Below, in pieces: positions 58,721 through 64,000 of a stretch of 64,000 nucleotides of DNA; the first letter of the stretch is position 1, and each line of letters opens with the position of its first letter. Origin of the DNA: an uncultured Chloroflexia bacterium (lineage in GTDB: Bacteria; Chloroflexota; Limnocylindria; Limnocylindrales; CSP1-4). The notes below the pieces were generated by a model. That model did not search any database, was not told the DNA's origin, and was given only the letters and a program-made list of their open reading frames with translations. The stretch covers positions 41,909-105,908 of the forward strand of contig CAVVCZ010000009.1 in assembly GCA_963746845.1 (NCBI GenBank), given 5' to 3'. The translations under genes were made by a program, and so were the position numbers.

Positions 58721-60466
58721 GTGACCCGATCCCTCAACGACGTGGTCCTGACCCGTCCGTCGCCCGCGACCCTGCCCGGCCCGCTCGACGACCGCCTGTA
58801 TGGCCTCATCGAGGCCCACTTCCGCGAGACGATCCGCCGGAACCCGATCCTCGGGACGTATCTCGGGATCCACACCGAGGACCACTGGTACGGCAGCGCG
58901 ACGCGCGACGCGGTCCTCGAGGAGCTCGAGGCGGAGCGTGCCCATCAGGCCGCCCTCGAGGCGATCAATGACGCGGAGCTGTCGCCGGATGCCCGGTTCG
59001 AGCGCGACCTCGAGCTGCACAACGTGCGCCGGGCGATCTTCGACGCCGCCGAGGTCCGGACGTGGGAGCGCCGATCGACCGCGCTGGACCTGATCGGGGA
59101 CGGGCTGTTCCTCCTGTTCGCCCGCGACTACGCCCCGCTCGCCGAGCGGCTCGACTCGATCGCGAGCCGCCTCGAGGCCGTCCCGACCTTCCTCGACGAG
59201 TCCCGTTCGCGGGCGGTCGTGCCGCAGGTCCGTGCCTGGCAGCAGCTCGAGATCGAGTCGGCAGCCGACATGCCCGGCTTCTTCGGCGAGATCACGGCCG
59301 CCGGCACGGCCCTGCCGGATGCCGAGCGACGGCGCCTCGAGCGCGCGGCCGACACGGCGCGGGCCGCGATCGCCGAGTACGCGGGCTGGCTCACGGAGAC
59401 GCTCGGTCACGGGACCGACGACTGGGCGCTCGGCCGCGAGCGCTACGACGAGCTCGTCGGCCTGCGCGCGTTCGACGGGCTCGATGCCGACGCCATCCTC
59501 GAGATCGGCGAGGACCAGCTCGAGATGCAGAAGGCGGCCCGCATCCGGGCGGCGGCCGAGATGGACGATCGGGCGACCGAGGCGACGGTCATCGACCGCG
59601 TGAAGACCGACCATCCGGCGACGTTCACGGAAGCCCTCGATGCCTACCGCGACACGATGGTCCGGGCACGCCAGTACCTGATCGACCGGGACATCGCGAC
59701 CGTCCCGCCGGACGACCGGATCGAGGTCGTGGAGACGCCCGAGTACCTCCGCAACGTCATCCCGTTCGCGGCCTACTTCTCGCCGCCGAAGTTCGACCCG
59801 TCGCCGGAGGGCATCTATGTCGTGACGCCGTCCGTCGGCCACGACCCGAACGCGATGCGGGAGCACAACTACAGCTCGATCAGCAACACGAGCATCCACG
59901 AGGCGTACCCCGGCCACCACCTCCAGCTGGTCGTCGCCAACAGCCATCCGTCGCTCACCCGGCTGGTCACGGACGCGCCGGAGTTCGTCGAGGGCTGGGG
60001 GATGTACTCCGAGCAGATGATGCGCGAGGAGGGGTTCGACGCCGCCCCGAACTTCCGGCTGAACATGCACACCGACGCGATCTGGCGGGCCTGCCGGATC
60101 ATCCTCGACGTCCGGATGCACCGGGGCGAGGTCGCGATCGACGAGGCGATCGACTTCCTCGTCGGCCAGACCAGCTTCGAGCGGGCGAACGCCCGGGCGG
60201 AGGTCCGGCGCTACACGTACACGCCCACCTACCAGCTCTCGTACCTCCTGGGCAAGGTCCTCCTGCTCCAGCTCCGGGAGGACGAGCGGGCGCGGCTCGG
60301 TGGCGCCTTCTCGCTCCGGGACTTCCACGACACGCTGCTGCGCAACGGCTCGCTGCCGATCAGCTTCCATCGCCGCCTCCTCCGCGAGCGGCTCGCCGAG
60401 GAGGCAGAGGGGCGCGGCGATCACGGCAACGGCGGGAGCGGGGCCAGCCGCGCTGCGCGCACCTAG
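58721..60466 (+). CDS. DUF885 family protein (putative metallopeptidase)
   Basis: HEAYPGHHLQ, EGWGMYSE, RACRIILD, EVRRY, SYLLG, FHD; AGGAG SD. Confidence 0.9.
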   Translation: MTRSLNDVVLTRPSPATLPGPLDDRLYGLIEAHFRETIRRNPILGTYLGIHTEDHWYGSATRDAVLEELEAERAHQAALEAINDAELSPDARFERDLELHNVRRAIFDAAEVRTWERRSTALDLIGDGLFLLFARDYAPLAERLDSIASRLEAVPTFLDESRSRAVVPQVRAWQQLEIESAADMPGFFGEITAAGTALPDAERRRLERAADTARAAIAEYAGWLTETLGHGTDDWALGRERYDELVGLRAFDGLDADAILEIGEDQLEMQKAARIRAAAEMDDRATEATVIDRVKTDHPATFTEALDAYRDTMVRARQYLIDRDIATVPPDDRIEVVETPEYLRNVIPFAAYFSPPKFDPSPEGIYVVTPSVGHDPNAMREHNYSSISNTSIHEAYPGHHLQLVVANSHPSLTRLVTDAPEFVEGWGMYSEQMMREEGFDAAPNFRLNMHTDAIWRACRIILDVRMHRGEVAIDEAIDFLVGQTSFERANARAEVRRYTYTPTYQLSYLLGKVLLLQLREDERARLGGAFSLRDFHDTLLRNGSLPISFHRRLLRERLAEEAEGRGDHGNGGSGASRAART

Positions 60467-61168
60467 GTGCAGGTCATCCCGTCGATCGATCTCGATCGAG
60501 GCCGCTCGCGGGTCGTGTACTGGCCCGGCGCATCGACCGGCGCGGGTGCGCCCACCGACCGGCCGGAGCGGATCGCGGAGCAGTTCGTGACCGGTGGCGC
60601 GCGGCTGATCCATCTCGTCGACTTCGGCGGCGCGGTGTCCGGCCGGCCCGAAAACCTCGAGGCCGTCGGGGCGATCGCGTCGCGCGTCGCCGTGCCCATC
60701 CAGCTCGCGGGCGGCGTCGACACGGCGGACGGGATCCGTCTCGCGTTCGCGGCCGGTGCGACCCGCGTCGTCGCATCGATGGCGATCGCGGACGATCCGA
60801 CGGAGCTCGCGGCCGCGCTCGAGGTGGCCGGTGCCTGGCTCGCCGTCGGGCTGGACCCGCGCCCGGAACGGCTCACCGCCTTCCCCTGGCAGCGGGCCGG
60901 CTCACCGACCCTCGCCGGAGTCGTCGGGGAGCTGGCCGATCGCGGCGTGAGCCGGTTCGTCCTCGCCCACGGCGGCAGTGCGCCGGACCCGGCGGTCCTC
61001 GGGCCGATCGCCGCACGACCCGACATCGACGTCCTCGTCGCCGGCGGCGCCACGAGCCTCGACGGCATCCGGCGGCTGCGCGACACCGGGATCGCGGGCA
61101 TCATCCTCGGCGAGGCCCTGCTCTCCGGGGCGATCGACTACACCGCAGCCCTGGAGGCCGCCGCATGA
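60467..61168 (+). CDS. HisA/HisF-related TIM barrel protein (divergent)
   Basis: VIPSIDL, HLVD, LAGGV, VAGG, ILGEAL. Confidence 0.8.
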   Translation: MQVIPSIDLDRGRSRVVYWPGASTGAGAPTDRPERIAEQFVTGGARLIHLVDFGGAVSGRPENLEAVGAIASRVAVPIQLAGGVDTADGIRLAFAAGATRVVASMAIADDPTELAAALEVAGAWLAVGLDPRPERLTAFPWQRAGSPTLAGVVGELADRGVSRFVLAHGGSAPDPAVLGPIAARPDIDVLVAGGATSLDGIRRLRDTGIAGIILGEALLSGAIDYTAALEAAA

Positions 61169-62244
61169 CCGACGATCGGCGCCGCTCGGGCTCGACCCCG
61201 AACCGCTCCGGCGGCAAGGGCTACGGTCCGATCCCGACGTTCGACCTGTACGGGGTGCTCGCCGTCCGCCCGGACGCGACCCACCAGGAGATCGTCGAGG
61301 CGGTCGCGGTCATGGACCGCCGCCTCCAGACGGCGTCCGCGCGCCAGCGGGGCGGCGCCACGGCCCGCCAGAAGCGGCTCAACGTCGCGCGCTACTGGCT
61401 GCTGGACGCGGACCGGCGGCGAACCTACGACGGCGCGGTCGCCCGAGGCGCGACCGGCGCCGGCGCCGCGACCGGCAAGGTGAGCGGTGGCCGCGTTCGC
61501 GGCGGATCCGCGACGCGGCAATCCCCGGCGGTCTGGTGGCGCAGCCCCCTGCCATGGGCGGGCGCGGTGGTCGTCGTCGCGGTGGTGGGGTTCCTCGTGC
61601 TTCGCCCGGGCGGCCTGACCGGCGGGGGCGCGAGCGCCTCCGCGTCGCCGCGGCCGTCGGCGTCGGGCAGCGGGTCCGCTGGCGTCGGGTTCGTCCCGCG
61701 CGCGAGCAATCCATCGGGCTGCCCGACCTCCCAGCCACCGGCCGGCGCCGCGGGCAAGGAGGAGCTCGTGACGATCGAGACGGCCAAGGGGACGATGCAG
61801 ATCACGGTCGTCAACGATCTGTCGCCGATCGCGGCGGGCAACTTCGTCGCCCTCGCGGACTGCGGCTACTACAACGGGGTGCCGTTCCACCGAGTCGCCG
61901 CCCTCCAGGACGGGACGCCGTTCGTCATCCAGGGCGGCGATCCGACCGGGACCGGCGCCGGCGGCCCCGGCTACACGATCCAGGACGAGCCGGTGACGAC
62001 GCCCTACAAGCGGGGGACCGTTGCGATGGCCCGGTCGTCCCAGCCGAACTCGGTCGGCTCGCAGTTCTTCGTCGTCCTCGACGACAAGGACGCAGCCGTC
62101 CTCTCGAGCGCGAACACGTACCAGATCATCGGCTCGGTGACCTCCGGGATGGAGACCGCCGATGCCATCTTCGCCGCCGCCGGCGGCGTGGAGCTGCCCG
62201 CCGATCCGGTCGTGATGACGAAGGTGACCGTCAGCACGCCATAG
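61165..62244 (+). CDS. J-domain-like + TM + cyclophilin-type peptidyl-prolyl isomerase
   Basis: DLYGVLAV...RRTYD J-like region, TM, FHRV...QGGDPTGTG.GGPGY, AMAR, SQFF. Confidence 0.88.
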   Translation: MTDDRRRSGSTPNRSGGKGYGPIPTFDLYGVLAVRPDATHQEIVEAVAVMDRRLQTASARQRGGATARQKRLNVARYWLLDADRRRTYDGAVARGATGAGAATGKVSGGRVRGGSATRQSPAVWWRSPLPWAGAVVVVAVVGFLVLRPGGLTGGGASASASPRPSASGSGSAGVGFVPRASNPSGCPTSQPPAGAAGKEELVTIETAKGTMQITVVNDLSPIAAGNFVALADCGYYNGVPFHRVAALQDGTPFVIQGGDPTGTGAGGPGYTIQDEPVTTPYKRGTVAMARSSQPNSVGSQFFVVLDDKDAAVLSSANTYQIIGSVTSGMETADAIFAAAGGVELPADPVVMTKVTVSTP

Positions 62245-62281
62245 CCGCGGTCGACCCGTCGGGTCGCCGGAAAGGAGCGCC

Positions 62282-62773
62282 ATGACCAGCGTCACGATCG
62301 CCACCGAGAAGGGCGACATCGACGTCGACCTGTTCACGACCGACGCGCCGAAGGCGAGCCAGAACTTCGTCGACCTGGCGAAGAAGGGCTACTACGACGA
62401 CGTGGTCTTCCATCGCGTGATCCCGGGCTTCGTCGCCCAGGCCGGCGACGGCCAGCACGGCAAGAAGGCGTCGCTCAACGCGGGTCGCGTCGGCACGGGC
62501 GGCCCCGGCTACACGTTCGCGGACGAGCCCGTGAAGGGCGACTACGTCCGGGGGGCGCTGGCGATGGCGAACGCAGGCCCGAACACGAACGGGAGCCAGT
62601 TCTTCATCTGCCACCAGGACCTGACCGCGAAGCTGCCGAAGAACTACACCCTGTTCGGGCAGGTCACGAAGGGGATGGACGTCGTCGACGCGATCGTGGG
62701 TGCCCCGCGCAACAGTCGGGATCTGCCGGACGATCCGGTGGCGATCACCGGGATCACGATCCACGAGGACTGA
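62282..62773 (+). CDS. Cytoplasmic cyclophilin-type peptidyl-prolyl isomerase
   Basis: FHRVIPGFVAQ, GGPGY, AMANAGPNTNGSQFFI, YTLFGQV; AAGGAG SD. Confidence 0.95.
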   Translation: MTSVTIATEKGDIDVDLFTTDAPKASQNFVDLAKKGYYDDVVFHRVIPGFVAQAGDGQHGKKASLNAGRVGTGGPGYTFADEPVKGDYVRGALAMANAGPNTNGSQFFICHQDLTAKLPKNYTLFGQVTKGMDVVDAIVGAPRNSRDLPDDPVAITGITIHED

Positions 62774-62802
62774 CCGCCCGGGGTTCGCCGTCATGCGGCC
62801 GC

Positions 62803-62874
62803 AAGGAACGTTAAGGAATTTACATCACGGCTCGCATCAAAACTCTTGGCTTTCGAGGTTGATGCGGGTAGGAT
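62803..62874 (+). promoter_or_regulatory. Sigma70-type promoter with no downstream CDS
   Basis: TTGGCT (62846-62851)-17 bp-TAGGAT (62869-62874); CGCATCAA/TTGATGCG inverted repeat around the -35; AT-rich upstream AAGGAA repeats. Confidence 0.6.
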
Positions 62875-62880
62875 CGGCTT

Positions 62881-63055
62881 GCGCTGCTAGGTCAGCCAAG
62901 CTGCCCCAGCACCAAGGTCATGGGTAGGTAGGGTCAGGGTAGTCGGTGCAGCCGACGTGATAGATGCCCTTGGCGCGTGGCGGGCGTCCGGTTCTCCGGA
63001 CTTTCACCGGGACAGCATTCGAGGCGGCTCCTTCTGGAGCCGCCTCGAGCTTTGT
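62881..63055 (+). ncRNA. Putative structured small RNA of unknown family
   Basis: Promoter upstream, terminator downstream, long-range pairings and internal hairpins, no credible ORF. Confidence 0.55.
63019..63055 (+). terminator. Intrinsic terminator (possibly bidirectional)
   Basis: TCGAGGCGGCTCC-TTCT-GGAGCCGCCTCGA 13-bp stem followed by GCTTTGT. Confidence 0.8.
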
Positions 63056-63075
63056 GCGTCGCCTGGTCCGGAGGG

Positions 63076-63693
63076 TCAGCCGACCGGAACCTCCTCGCCC
63101 GCGGCCTTGGCCGCTTCGTTGACGGCCTCCGCCGTCGCCTTGTCGACCGGCACGGTCTTGACCTCGGCGGCCTGCGGGATGGTCTCCTTGACGGCGTCGA
63201 TCGCCGTGATGTCGACGACCGCGAGGATCCCCGACGTTCCGGGCGTGATGACGTCGGCCAGCTCCTTGGCGACCTCCGACTTCGCCGCCACGTTGCCGAC
63301 CTTGCCGGCCGCGGCCCCGACGACGCCGCCGAGGGCAGCGCCCGCAAGGAGCGAGGGCGGGAAGATGATCGCGAGGGCCGCTCCGGCAACCGCGCCCCAC
63401 ATGAACCCGGTGCGGGTCTTGTGGTCGGTCATCTTGCGGACCTTGATGTTGCCCTGGTAGTCGGCATCCACGACGAGCACGCCCTGGATGTCGATGGCGC
63501 GCTTCTCCTCGGCGTCGAGCAGCGCCTCGTACGCATACGCCGCGGTGTCCATGTCCGCGAAGCGCGCGACGAGGAGGGCCTGATCGCCCTCGATCGCGAT
63601 CCCACCCGCGGCGACGGTGTTGCCGTACTGGTCCTCGATCGCGCCGGCGGTGACGACGACGGGGTCCGCGGTCGGCTTGGTGTCATCGGTCAT
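63076..63693 (-). CDS. DUF1269 family membrane protein
   Basis: Gly/Ala zipper GAVAGAALAIIFPPSLLAGAALGG, ITPGTSGILAV; GGAGG SD. Confidence 0.8.
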   Translation of the reverse strand: MTDDTKPTADPVVVTAGAIEDQYGNTVAAGGIAIEGDQALLVARFADMDTAAYAYEALLDAEEKRAIDIQGVLVVDADYQGNIKVRKMTDHKTRTGFMWGAVAGAALAIIFPPSLLAGAALGGVVGAAAGKVGNVAAKSEVAKELADVITPGTSGILAVVDITAIDAVKETIPQAAEVKTVPVDKATAEAVNEAAKAAGEEVPVG

Positions 63694-64000
63694 GGTCGTT
63701 CCTCCAGGTCCGTGGATGGACCGCGCTCTTGCGGGCGGATCGAACCCGCTCAGTCGCGGCCGTGGGTCGTGGCCCGCGGGCGGTTGCCGCGAGCCTGCCG
63801 GCCGGCGCCGCCGGTCGGGGTGGATGGGCGCTCATGGGGGTGGCGGCGCGGTCGAGCGCCGGCCGGGTGCGAGTGGTGCCATCCGAATCGGGACGTTTCC
63901 CCCACGTCCGAATCCTCCGTCGCTGCGGCGCGGGCGTCAACGGTGCCGGCACGCAGCCCGGCCGCCGGAGCGACGACTCAGCGGTTCCGGTCGGACCGGA

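Noticed and set aside
62975-63016. Cobalamin riboswitch or RNase P fragment on the minus strand (CCGGTGAAAGTCCGG...CCCGCCAC)
   Set aside because: Lacks the AGGGAA and B12-box elements, has no downstream minus-strand gene, and is far too short for RNase P; promoter, terminator and G-U pairs favour the plus strand.
63683-63952. 89-aa ORF upstream of DUF1269
   Set aside because: Low-complexity sequence with no SD or motif support; probably non-coding.

Overview
A very GC-rich (roughly 70% by eye), gene-dense chromosomal segment with about 55 CDS and one tRNA-Asp(GTC). I found no rRNA, CRISPR array, integrase, transposase or phage genes. Gene content, codon style and many leaderless TANNNT-N6/7-start promoters suggest a Chloroflexota (Limnocylindria/Ellin6529-like) or actinobacteria-like soil or aquatic organism (inference only). 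Main content: a glycine-betaine/dimethylglycine uptake and oxidation cluster (ETF alpha/beta, GcvT-family dehydrogenase, ProVWX-type ABC), a large HTH-GAF3-GGDEF-GAF-GGDEF-EAL protein, a SufT/PduO/BI-1 cluster, pabB-pabC, DmpA peptidase, AAA-LuxR regulator, rhodanese, KamA, an MMPL-AttH/CrtC fusion, a ferric-reductase-like membrane cluster, ribokinase, an FabL-like SDR, an ABC-2 exporter, CoA transferase, PIG-L deacetylase, GH63-like glucosidase, CapA, ltaE, DUF885, a HisA-like barrel and two cyclophilins. Most notable unexplained features: (1) a four-copy, 50-bp-periodic inverted repeat element at 59-303; (2) a Cys-containing leader peptide (MCACLRRARST) in front of the sulfurtransferase; (3) an XRE-HTH/PD-(D/E)xK-like gene whose start lies inside a 145-bp branched inverted repeat; (4) the MMPL-lipocalin-like fusion; (5) an HPD-less J-domain/TM/cyclophilin fusion; (6) an orphan structured ncRNA with its own promoter and terminator at about 62881-63055. 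Several clustered frameshifts (8950-9440, about 45952) are probably assembly errors.
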